DNA from: Cenococcum geophilum | Taxonomy: Eukaryota | DNA: 64,000 nucleotides | Direction of reading: 5' to 3' | Assembly (NCBI GenBank): GCA_050273025.1 | Contig: CP158635.1 | Location: 25,420,001-25,484,000, forward strand | Part shown: positions 26,641 through 38,700 of the stretch, piece after piece | How the letters are laid out: each line of letters begins with the position of its first letter | Numbering within the stretch: the first letter of the stretch is position 1 | Program-made: the position numbers and the translations under genes | Notes under the pieces: generated by a model | What the model was told of the DNA's origin: nothing | Database searches by the model: none | What the model saw: the letters and a program-made list of their open reading frames with translations, nothing else

Positions 26641-28240
26641 TTAGTGCGGTTATCGCCCTACTTGTTTTTCCAATGGGATCTGCCTCCGGAGTTTTCTCTT
26701 AACTTCTTAGAGTATTTCTGTAAAGGTACCAAACGGGTATCGGGTTGGCCTTAGGAGTCTTTCCCATTACTTAAGGCCCCTAGCTTTAACCCTTCTAAAG
26801 TTCTCTTTAAGAACGGTTTTTTTAAAGACTAGGTCTGCCCTATATTACTACTAGAGTACCTACGCTTTTAGCTACCCTCTGGCTTCTTACCGGAAGAGAC
26901 CTAGTTCCTTACCATATCCTTAGCGTTTAGAACCGCTAGTTTAAAATCCGCATATGTGGTAATCCGTAGTAGGGCTCCTATGCGCTTTATTTTGTTATAA
27001 ATTACTAGCTTAATTCTAGCCCAGATAAATCCAATCTTCTCCTTCTTATAGATACTACCGTCCTTATTTTTAAAGGGCTCTAGATCTATCTATTAAGCAT
27101 AAGATTCTATAAAGTTTATAAACTAGCGGAAATCTTAACGGTCCAGTTATATACCATTCTAGAATTATTCTATATTATTGTATTATATAATATATAGATC
27201 TTAGGTCTAACCCTTTAGGAAGGTCTACAGCTATAGCCATATAGTAACTTACTCTTTATTAAGTTAATTAAGTATAATCTAGTTTAGTAATTAGTCTTTA
27301 ATCTTACTAATAATCCACTATATACGTTCTTTGGTATTATCTTATATTATTAATATCTTAAAGAAGTTGTCTATCTCGCGAACCTAATCGTCTAACTATT
27401 AGGCGTTAGGTCTATAACGGAGTTCTAAACTACTAGAGGCCTTAGCTAGTTAGTCTATATCCTTTTTCCTTTTATTACGTAGATGCCTCTCTAAGTCTTC
27501 TATACCTCCTTAGTTAGGTACTAGGTAGCCCCTAGGAAGCCCTTAGCCTTAGCTAGGTTATAAAAGAATTTATCTAGCCTGGATTAAACCTTACCAGATC
27601 TAGATTTGCCCTTAAAGGGTTCTAATATATTTATTAGTGGCTTCCTCCCGTATAGCTTCCGAGAGCCTTATAATAGCTTCCTAATATCTATCTTAAAGGA
27701 GATTAGTATAGGACTTTTAACTTTCTAAACTTAGGCCTAGGGAAGCTCCGGCTATAGAGATAGTATTAGCACTAGTAGCTAGTACAGGTTTCCCAATAAG
27801 CCTTAGGTCTTAAGTTAGTAATTAGGTTTAATTACCTAAAGGGGTAGGCCCGCTTAGCTTGTAAGCAGTCTATATACCGCTACTATGCTAATTATAGGCT
27901 AGTAGTCTTCCGGGAGGGTTCCAGTTAGGTCCCTAATTGGGCGTATTAGTATATTCCTCTAGCATTTCTAGTTTAGGGGAAGATCTTAGGGTTACCTCTG
28001 GCGCTTAATCTTCTAATTAGCCTAAGTAGGGCTAGAGGGGTTCCGGTTGCTTTCTGGTAGTATTACGTCCGTTATAGAGGGTGTCTGCGTTTTCCTTAGC
28101 GGTAACCGTAGGTATATAAGAGTCTTTAAGCTCCTAGTGCATCTAGGTATTAGGGCTTATTCGGCCGTCTTACCTAGAAGTTTATATTATTACAATCTCT
28201 TACTATTAGAGGGACCTTCCTGCCTTTACGTGACGGCTTT
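26640..28240 (-). pseudogene. gag: Gypsy gag
   Basis: Protein-like frame between the primer site and protease; A-rich slippery-type sequence (AAAAAAG) near the gag/pol junction at ~26625-26635. Confidence 0.75.
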
Positions 28241-28378
28241 CTATAAGGTATTTGTGGAGTTTCCGTTTAGGTCGTCGCGAGATTTTAAGGGAGGATAGTA
28301 GGTGTAAACAAAAATATAAACAAACAATTTTGTCCTTAAAGCTAGCTGCCCTTCTAGATAGAGTAGGAAGGATTTAAA

Positions 28379-28593
28379 TATAAGGGGAACTTGTAGATAG
28401 GGGGCTATAAGGACACGATTGGAACAAGATAGATTGGTAAGAGAGACGAATCCTTGAGGAGGTAAGGCCTCTGGGATCGTGGAGACTATATACTACGGGT
28501 ACGTGCCTCTAGCACGTGACCGACGGACGTCCGAGGGGTGTCCGGGGGTTGTCCTGAGGGCAACCCGAGGTGACCGCAATAATATCCCTTACA
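28379..28593 (-). repeat. 5' LTR of Gypsy
   Basis: Direct repeat of 19708-19922, less RIP-mutated. Confidence 0.95.
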
Positions 28594-29006
28594 GGTCCCC
28601 CTTCATAGTAAATAACTACTGCTCTTATTCCGAGCCCACCTGTACAATCTAACATAGATGCGCAGCATTCGATAACATCCCCTTGACCCACAATGGAAAG
28701 CATTAACGACCTCACATCGACGAACGTACGAACGAACGAGCAAATATACGGCCCCTCCTAACCCCTAGGGCGATCGCCCGCGGAGCATGCGGTCACTCGC
28801 CGTCTTACTACCGTACTGCCTGGTAGCTGGATTACAACCCATGGTTTTCCTTGTCTTCTCTCGACGGAGTGGTAACCCTTAAAGAGGGCCTAGCGACTGG
28901 GGCCTAGGCACAAAAGATACCCAGAGCACACACACATATCCCGCTCGCCTTTTGGTATTAGGTGGTTAGAACGGATAAATCCCCCTTACGCCTTCGATAG
29001 GCCTTA

Positions 29007-29028
29007 GGGGGGGGGGGGGGGGGGGGGG
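29007..29028 (+). repeat. Poly-G run (22 nt)
   Basis: Directly visible. Confidence 0.95.
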
Positions 29029-29399
29029 TATAGCGTATATAGCAATAGTTAATAAGAGATAGCATATAGGGGATGGTTAAGATATGGAACAACAAGCGTA
29101 TAGCAATTAATTGGCAAGGCCTAGCTAGGACGAAGCCAGAGGAGGAAGCAGTGGTTCCTAAGGAGATCGAACATCTAAGGAGGACAGGACGTAGCTATAG
29201 GCCCGTAGGGCCGCTACTACGGACGGACATAGCAAATCGGGGTTTTTCATCCTACTAAGGTGGCTCATAGGGTTTTTCCTTCCCCTAACTGCAGGGTTTT
29301 CTTCATATAAACTATAAGTTTTCCCCCTATAATGGAGTAGTCTGCGTGGGCCAAGATAGGATCCGTATTAGACGTTAATTAAAGAACTACTACTATATT

Positions 29400-30200
29400 A
29401 ATACTCTAGTATCTAGGAATTATTTAACGTATATTATTATTGCCCTAAACGTCTTAACTACCTACTACTATTTTTCTATTATTCTATCTATAGTTAATCT
29501 AGTAATTAGGTCTTTAAGGCTCTTTTAAAAGTGCTTTAAAGGTAAGGGTTTAGAATATTTATATTCTATTTGTCGCTTCTTATTATAGTTATAGCGCTAA
29601 GTAACTGCTTAAATGTACCGCTCTTTATCTATATCTGTAAGATCTATAAAAATAGAGTAGAATTGTATATATAAGTGGGTTATAGCTTTATAAAGTTCGT
29701 TCCTCTTTTACTTAGTATTTAAAGGCTTCTCTAGTAGACTAGACGCTTATATTATATCCTTAACTATATTATATATTATTTTATATTACGTATTAGTAAT
29801 ACCTATCTTATCCTTAATCCGTTAAACCAACTAAGATCTATTTCTTGCGTTATGTCCTTAATAAGGCCGCTAGGATAAGCTATCGGAGTCTAATATAGGG
29901 CTAATAGCGGTATATAACGCGTACGCTAGGAAAGAAAGGGATTTCTATATCGGCAATACGTCGTGCCTATTATAGTTTAGTCGGCAATCCTATTTTCTAA
30001 TATTAATAATTATAGTCTTATATAGACTGTTCTATAGTTCTTAGAAATAGGCGCTAGCTCTAATATATTAAGTTGTAATAGTAGGCCGTATACGGAAGGG
30101 GTAGTAGTCTAAGCTTATATAACCGAATATAGGAAATTAGATTAGATAGTCTTCTTAGCTATAGATAGTAGGCTATAATAAGGTAAATAGTTAAAATATA
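29400..30200 (-). pseudogene. Unidentified RIP-degraded ORF downstream of 81-bp array 1
   Basis: Protein-like frame (...EKPLNTK*KRNELYKAITHLYIQFYSIFIDLTDIDKERYI*AVT...); no family recognised. Confidence 0.35.
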
Positions 30201-30289
30201 GTATAAATTAATAGTTACCTCTTTAATTAAAGGATATAGTATAATATAATTACTATATATCTAGGATAACTTAAAGGAACTAGTTAATA

Positions 30290-31350
30290 CTAGTAGAGGG
30301 TAATAGAAAGGGTATTCCCGTATTATATCTAAAGAGGAAGAGTATAGTAGATTCTATGGTATGGTAGAGGGTAGTAGAGAATAGTAAAAAGGGCATCCTT
30401 ACGTTACGTCTAAAGAAGTAGAATCTAGTAGATTCTATAGTGCGGTAGAGAATAGTAGAGGGTAATAGAAAGAGTATCCTTATATTACGTCTAAAGAAGT
30501 AGAATTTAGTAAATTCTACGGTATAGTAAATAGGAGTAGAGGGTAGTAGAAAGAGTATTCTTATGTTATGTCTAAAGAAGTAGAATATAGTAGATTCTGC
30601 GATACGGTAGAAGGGAGCAGAGGACGGTGGAAAGGGCATCCCTACTTTACGTCTAAAGAGGTAGAATTTAGTAGATTCTATACTGCGGTGGAGGACAGTA
30701 GAGGGTAGTGGAAAGAGTATCCCTATATTACGTCTAAAGAAGTAGAATCTAGTAGATTCCGTAGTGCGGTAGAAGGAAGTAGAGGACAGTAGAAAGGGTA
30801 TCCCCGTGTTACTTCTAAAGAGGTAAAATCTAGTAAATTCTATAGTGCGGTAGAGGATAGTAGAGGGTAGTAGAAAGAGTATCTCTATATTACGTCTAAA
30901 GAAGTAAAATATAGTAGATTCTGCGGTATAGTAGAAGGGAGTAGAGGACGGTAGAAAGGGTATCCCTATATTACGTCTAAAGAGGTAGAGTATAGTAGAT
31001 TCTGTAGTGCAGTAGAGGGTAGTAGGAAGCGATAGAAAGCGCACTATCCCCTTATATCTAAAGATATGGAATATAGTAGATTCTGCGGTATAGTAGATAC
31101 TAGTAGAGAGCAATAGAAAGTAGATTATCCTTCTACCTCTAGGAATATAGAATATAGTAGATTTTATGGTATAGTAGATACTAGTAAAAAGTAATAGAAA
31201 GTAGATTATTCTTTTACCTCTAGGGATATAGAATATAGTAGATTCTATAGTATAGTTAATGCTAGTAGAGAGTAGTAGAAAGTATATTACCCTTTTACCT
31301 CTAAAGGAGTAGAATAAGGTAACTTCTATAGTATACTAGATATAAGTAGA
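30290..31350. repeat. 81-bp tandem array 1 (~13 units)
   Basis: AGTAGATTC anchor at 30346, 30427, 30508, 30589, 30670, 30751, 30832, 30913, 30994, 31075, 31156, 31237. Confidence 0.95.
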
Positions 31351-31628
31351 AAGTTATTAAATAAACTTCCTACCTAAATATAAAACTCTACTACTAAAAC
31401 TAAACCGTAAATATAGAACCTCTAAGTAATAGTCCTAGAATAGAAAGTAGTAATTTACCAATAATAAGATAAACGCTACTTCCTTATTTATACTTAGGCC
31501 TTATATATATATAGAAAGGATATATACCTAACTAAACCACCTAAGCCTAAACACGACCCTTATAACTACCCCACCTATAGTAACTATACTATCACTTAAA
31601 TAATTATACTATTATTATCATAAAAGCT

Positions 31629-34600
31629 CTACGCTTCTACGCGTTCTTTGCCCTTACGTCTCTTCTTATTAGTAGCCTTAGACTTTTTAACTACGCGTTT
31701 ATCTTTATAGAGTTTACTAGTAAAATAAGCCGCATTCTATTTATTATTGGCGGTTAGTAGCTATATAACACTAGCAATAAATTAGCGTAATATAGTCTTA
31801 TTACTAAGGATAGCTTTTAATATTATATCCTTATTAACTATACAATTTATAATTACCTTACGATCTTGCCCTAAGCAGTGGGCTTACTTTATAGCTTATA
31901 CTTTATATATTAATAGGTGCTATAGTTTAAGGAGTATAATACGTCTACCGTAGTATAAAGTATAGCCTATGCTAATAGTTCCTATTATTCTAATAATAAT
32001 ATCCGTTTTAGCCGAGACTAGATAAATAACCTTATTGCTAGAAACAGTTATTATTTCTTAGTAGCTATAGATAATTTCCTACTAGTGCTTTAGCCTTTAA
32101 TAAGACCTATAGATAGTAATATAGAACTCTAGATAGAACTTTTATACCTATTTATATATAATTAGGGTATATATAGGAAAATAAGATAAAATAATAATCT
32201 TATCTTTTTTCTTCTTCTTACCGTCCTAGTCTATAGGGTTTTAGATAATTGCCTAGTTATTTATATATATCTTGTTTAGAACTTTATTAAGGTAATAGAG
32301 CTTTATAATAGTATTATATAATATATTAATATAACGTTTTATTAGTAAGTTACTGCTACTATTATTAAACTAGCCCTTTTCCTCTAAATTATATAAGTTC
32401 TAGCCTCTATTAAACTCCTTTTTAATCTTTATTAGACCTAGAAAGAAGTATATTAGTCTTATATAGTATTATAATACCTTAAAATAACCTATAGCCTATC
32501 TAATAGGAAAAGACTAGCTAGGATATTTTTATTCCTATTCTTACTTCTACTTTTCCCATTCTAACTATAGTACTACTCTAAGATTATTAATAAAGGCTTT
32601 AATATCCTTAATAACTTCATCTTATTAAACTAGGTTAGGTAGGATATAGTTTAACTAATTATTATAGTTAAGTTTTGGTAGTTTAATAAGTAGCTTACTA
32701 TCTAGACTAAGGGAATTACTAGTTTAATAAATTATAATTACCTCTAGGACTAGACTAAATTTATTAACCTAAGCCTAAATATTTACTAACTCTAAAGCTA
32801 ATATAATATAATCTCTACCCTTAGTAGTCTACTATCTCTAGAGTACGTTAAACGCGAGCTAAATATTTTATAGATTCTCTTCTAAGCAAAGATTATAGGC
32901 TTTTTTAGTCTTATTAGAAGGGTTAATATTTATTTTCTAGTTTTATTATAGGAACTTAATATATATACCTAAGTCGGCCGGACCTTTTTTAAACGGAGTT
33001 CTAGATATAGCCTATATTATTAGTTACCTATAAAGCCTATAAAGAACGGTCCTATAGAAGTAAGACTTTTTATTCTTAATTAAATAAAGTTTATTAATAA
33101 CTACTATCGCCTATAAGATATAACGAATATTAGGTATTAGCTACTGTGATGTCTAAATATAGAATTTCTAACTTTTAGGCTGTTAAACCTTTCTTTAAAC
33201 CGTTTCCTAATACCTAATTATATTAAGGATTTAGCTCTTAATAGATTTAGATATAGTTAGAATAATATATTATATTTAGTTAGAGTGCCTTGAGTAGATA
33301 TCCCTATTACCTTCTATAGTAGCAGCTTTTATAGTTCTTAGCTTTATTATATTTCTTCTATAACTAGGCCTTTATATAAATAGTATAGAAGTATATCCTA
33401 TTAGTAAAATTATTGCTAGATAAGGCCCTATTAGATTACTGTTAAAGAGGGTATTAAACTCTTTTATCTAATTATATAGTAGTAGTATAGAAGTAATAAT
33501 AAGGCTAGGGCCTAGACGGAACAGTAGCTTCGCGGTACTGCTATCTACTTTATACCGGTATTAGATAGGCTAATACTCTATAGACGGATAAGGGCCGGAT
33601 TCCCTATCTGCGCGATACCTGCGGTATAGTATATTATCCTTTCTATTATTCTTAATATCGCCGGTATTCTATACTAGTAGGTAATTAAAGGTAACAAGAA
33701 GTAGCGTAGAGTAGGTTTTGCTAAGGCCTTATTTATTACTAATAATTCTATTAAAAAAATTATAATACTGCGTAAAGCACTAAGTAATTAGTAAGACCTA
33801 GTAGAGATAAAGTATATACTTAAACCCTAGCAAAGTGACTTATGTCTTAAAATTATTTTTATCTTATTTAAAAATAGTATATATTAAGGACTAATTTTCT
33901 TTTATTAGATATTTAGTTTTAGTATTCTTACCTTTTATCTTATTAAATATCTTATTAACTAATAAAATACGATCCTCTAATTATATTATAAAGTTATAGT
34001 CTAGTAATTCTACTAGCTCTTTATTAGTAAGGCCGGCTATAGGGTTAACTACCTAAAAGTGTAACCTATCTTCGCCTTCTTCTACTACCTTAGCGGTAAG
34101 GTTTATATATTCCTTTAGAGTAGTAGGCGTATTAAATATATTATCCTTTAATTTAGCGGCGTTATTATCCTTCTCTTCCTTACTATCTTCCTCTAAAATA
34201 GTTACTAGTTTATTCTAGTAGGCGTTATCTCCTAAGGAATAAATAGTAGTACTCTTATACGCTAAGCGCTTAGTAAAAGCTTCTAATAAAGCAGTATTTC
34301 TATTAAGCCTTACAGCTACTATTTCCTTATTAATAAGTAGCTTAGTATTAAATTTGCCTAATTAACTAGGCCGTACTATATTGCTAGTATTGTTATTATT
34401 AGTAGAGAGGTAATTAGTACTATTAGTTAAAAGCTCTAAAACTACTTAGTATTTGCTCTAATTAAGGTGCAGAGCTAGTATAATATTAAAAATAAGTGGA
34501 TGGTACCTTTTATTGTACGCCGCTATTAAAAGTATAAATATTTTAAAGTATAGAGATACCTACTTGCCGCTAAATATAGACCTACTATTCCTAAGTGCTA

Positions 34601-35480
34601 AGGTTTCTAACTTAAGATTAATAATGCCCTTAGTGTAGAGACAAGCAAGAAGTTTATTGTAGTTAAACTATATAAAAGTAACTAGTTCTTTAGTACTATT
34701 ACGCTAGAATTAAAATAAAGCAACTATATTAAGGTCTATTCTATTCTTCTATATAGTTATTATTATATAATATTTATTATACTTTAGTAGTTTAACGGGG
34801 ATAGAGGAGCTTATTTATAATAGGGCTATATTAATAGAGTAGTAGCCTAACGCATATCTCTATAGAGTAGACTTATATAATAATTAGTGTCTAATAGGAG
34901 TGCTTAACTTTAGGATTAGCGAGGTAGAACTATAATTAGTATTATCTAAACTAAGTATTAGAGTGTTAAAGAAATAGTTTAAGAGGTTAACTGGTTTATA
35001 TAAGGGCGTTAGTAGATTTAACTACTTAGGCGTTAGTACTAAGGGAACGCCATCCTTATTTTTAATTTTAGTAGTCGTTTACTTAATATTAAGTTTAATA
35101 AGACTATAGAGTAGGTTAAAGAAGCTAGGGTAATAAATTGGTATATTAAAAGCCGGTCCCTATTTAGCAATAACCGGTATAAGGATTTCTTACCTATACT
35201 AATACTTCTCGGTTATAGTATATTTTAAAGGCTATTATTTATTAGGAAAGTAACTCGCGAAGTACTTTATAATATCTACCTTTAAGGTAAGAAAATTGTC
35301 TAGTTCTTCTTCCATATCTAATATCTCTTAGATTATACTTTAACGCTATTCCCTAGCCTTTCCTTTAATAGGCTTCTAATTATCCCTCTATTTCACGCCC
35401 TATTACTTCTTTAGGTATAGTTTAGGGATATAGCTTAGTAGTTCTATACTTATAGTTATACTAAATATAAAAGAATTATA
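31629..35480 (-). pseudogene. SNF2-family helicase/ATPase, apparently full length, RIP-inactivated (copy 2)
   Basis: De-RIP motifs in order: LYLHQV (Q motif, ~33800), GIIGDEQGLGKT (Walker A, ~33715-33750), PSLIVTP..LLHNWIKEF (Ia, ~33460-33510), VVIDELHLIKN (II, ~33075-33105), AMSGTPF (III, ~33000), DKIVILSHF (~32200), DIIIGTMGTIGVGYTL...LLEPQ...EVQAIKRAHRLGQDRKV (V/VI, 31855-32005); long acidic N-terminus, start approximate. Confidence 0.9.
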
Positions 35481-35715
35481 AAGCTAGCTACGGCCTAAAG
35501 AGATAAGTTTATAGAACTAATAGAAATAAGTAAATTAGTTGTTAAGTATATACTTATAGGAATAACACGTTAGAGGATTCTGTCTGTATATACCTGCTTA
35601 GATTAATTAGAAATTGTAGATTAAATAGAGTTTAGGTAAAGGTAAAGGTAAGGTAAGAGTATAAGTAAATATTAAATAATAGGTAGCTTTACTAAAATTA
35701 GTTATATAAGGTTAG

Positions 35716-38700
35716 TGTTCGTACTAACTTAATAGCACGAGTGAGTTGTATCCCGGGGCACGAAATACGTTTAGTATCGTATACTCTTTGGGATGGTGGT
35801 AACTGTCAATTCTATTAAGGTAGACTACGTGGTCTATATACTAACGCGCCTCCCCCCTAATTAGTTAGCACGTAGGTAGTTGGTGCACGAACGCGTATTT
35901 ACGCGTTTGTACACCAGGTGCTGTAATTATATACTGGCGGTACTTAGAAAATAAAACCACTTATATACAGCCTCCGTAATTGCCTTAATAGAACTATAAA
36001 ACACATAAGAAAATATATAAAAAAACTCCTCCCGAGGTGCCTTCTAGGCTACCTTCTAAACGGTGCCCTAAGCTGGCCGTAAGTCCTACTTACGGTCCAT
36101 AAAATAAACCGTACAGCCTTTCGACGGGTAGTAGACAAGCCGTAAGTTAGATCTTAAGGGCCGCTAAGACGCTAGTGCTAAGCGAGCCAATAGCGATTTT
36201 CCGTGCCCGGCATAGAAAATCATAATTGGTGGATTTAACTACTGTAGCAGAATATGGCAGAATATAGTAGAATTTGGCAGGTCACGTAAGTCCACTAAGT
36301 TCTATCGCAGCTTTCTACCGTTTTCCACCTAATAGCTTACGGTCCGTAAAATAGGCCGTATAATAAGCCGTACGGCCTTCTAACGGGCTGTAAGCGTACC
36401 ATAGGTACTCCGTTAGTCCCGCTCTACCCATTCTATAACTTTTAGGTTAAGCTTATTTATATTAATTAGGGTTTTAAGGGCTTAACACGGCTTTGCCTTA
36501 GTTATAGCGTCTACTAGGTTGTTTCCGCTACTAATCCATTTAACCTTCGCAATTTCACGTCGTTTATAGGCCTAACGTAAGCATATTAGGTCGACTATAA
36601 GCCTCTTCTCTTATATCGTACCTAGTTTAACTAGGCAGTCGTAAAGGGACTTTAAATCGGTGCATAAAACTAGGGGTAACTACTTTAGTTATAGAATCTT
36701 CTAGACCGTTAATTTAATTGCGGCTGCTATATTAAAGCTATAAGCTAGTGCATATATTTTAGAGGCTAGTACACTGCGGGTTACTCGTTTGCACTTAATT
36801 AAAGACTAATACAGTATATTTGCGTCCTAATTATAGTCTATAAGTACGATTACAAAGCCGATTTGCGATAATAGGTCCCTATTATTAGTAAAGGAGGCAT
36901 CCGTAAATACTAGTAAGCTAAGGGAACTTAGGTCTAGTGGTATAAAAGTAAGTCCCCTTACTGCATTATCAATTTGCTACTAAATGCGCTTATTAAGCTG
37001 CTTAATATTTTCTTCTTACAGATCTACTGCTTGGGCCGCAAAGGATAAATTATAGGTAGATTTGGGTTAACAGACTGTGGCAATATAAGCGCCTCTTACA
37101 CGCTATGCAACGTATTAGTCCTTTATATTTACGGTCTTGCAGGTCTCTTTATAGGAGCTAGTAAGGTCCATAGGCTTTACTATAACAGGCTTTAGGTTTT
37201 AAGCTTAGCGTTCCTAAGTTAGCTTAATTAGGTTGCCCTTTTATGTAATTAGGCCTCTATTAAACTTAATTAAATTCTGCTTAGTTAACTACTCTTATAG
37301 CTTTACTAAGAACTTAGCCTTTTATAGTTTAGTTTCTTTAGCGTCCGCAAAGGTCTAGTTTGCTAGGAATAGGGTATTATCTATTTAGAGTCCAATAATA
37401 CTAAGGCTGTTTAATAGGCTGTATAGGAGGTAGGGGTCGTAGGTTAACTGTTCCATTTTAAGTTTACTAATATGGTGCTGGTGGTATATCTTAAACCAAT
37501 AGTTTCTAGCTTCTAGTACCCTGTAAAGAGGTTTTACAACCCATAAAATTATTCCTAGTTATAGGTTAAGCTCACGGGGTGGTCGTATAAAGATGTCCCT
37601 ACTTAGGTAGATATTTAACTGCACGTAGGCTTATAAGATGTCCTGTAAGTAGAGGGCTATAGGTTTAGTTTGCTGTAGTCTAGGCATAAGTACAAGTATA
37701 ATCCGTTAACTAACTCGTTAAATTATAGGCGATTGCGTAAGGACTAGGTCCTTTCCCTGGTCGTTATAAGCTTATATAATAAGCCTTAATTTCTCAAAAG
37801 CTTTGTTAGTACTAGGGTGCTTAATCTCGTTAATAAAGCATAAGTTGAATATACGGACGCCTTGCGGAACATCTTTTTTCGTTATAACCGCAAAGACGCC
37901 CTTTTTAAGTAGTCCGTTAATCTCTTTACGCCATAAGTTCGTAAAAGGGGTTTCCTATACTAGGACTAATATATCCACAGGTAGAGATTATCTTGCGGAT
38001 ATGCCTGCGGAGGTTAGGTAATTCTTTATTATGGGGTTCTTAGTTATAGGATACTTTCGGGGGCGTCCTCGGCCACGCTTTATAGTAGGTTTAGCGGGTT
38101 TAGTAAGTTCCTAGGGGACTTTTAAGGTAGGCAGGGGTACTTCTAGTTCGTCTAGTTTGGCGGGTGCTTCCGGTTCGTCTAGTTTAACGTCATAGGTGTT
38201 TTTAAATCGAAAGTAGGGTTTTACGGACGTACTTTTAAAGCTAGTTGGCCCGCTAGGAAGCTATACGCAGCACATCTCGTTTTCTACGGCCAGTAAGCAA
38301 TAGGGTCCATTCTAGCTGCCGCTTTCACGCTATATAAGGACTTTAGAGTTAAGCGGGAGGTTATATACTAAGGTCGTATTAGGTCCGTTATAGTAGTATA
38401 GGGCATTATTAACAGTTTGTTTGGCCCGTAATTTGACTATTTCGGCCATTGCCTTCCGTATTGCAGCTGCTCGTTCTGTAATAGACGGGGCAGGAGGGCC
38501 TAGGCTGCTTATCCTTAGGTAGGCTCCGTAAACTAAGAGGGTGGGTACTAGTCCGTTAGGGCCAGCGGTATCGTTAACAGCTTTTACGGCCATCTGTAAA
38601 GCCAGTTCCTTTTAGATATCCTTGCATTCGTCCATAATAATCTAGTAAGCTCTCTTTAAGGCTAGGTAAGATCGCTTAATAAGCCTAATAAACCAATATA

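Larger units (their letters stand above)
19708..28593 (-). mobile_element. Full-length chromoviral Ty3/Gypsy LTR retrotransposon (8886 bp), RIP-inactivated
   Basis: 215-bp LTRs 19708-19922 and 28379-28593; TSD AGTCC (19703-19707)/GGTCC (28594-28598), one RIP-type G>A; polypurine tract at 19923-19936; gag, PR, RT, RH, IN, chromodomain in Gypsy order. Confidence 0.97.

Noticed and set aside
29029..29400. LTR following a poly-G PPT
   Set aside because: No partner LTR, TSD or upstream pol could be found.
30280..31113. 277-aa ORF (and 154-aa ORF at 45024-45488) as ankyrin or other repeat proteins
   Set aside because: The period is 27 aa with no ankyrin/TPR/WD motif, and one unit in array 2 is out of frame; openness is explained by the tandem repeat.
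30290..31350. CRISPR-like array
   Set aside because: Whole 81-bp units are homologous with no unique spacers; the context is eukaryotic and no cas genes are seen.
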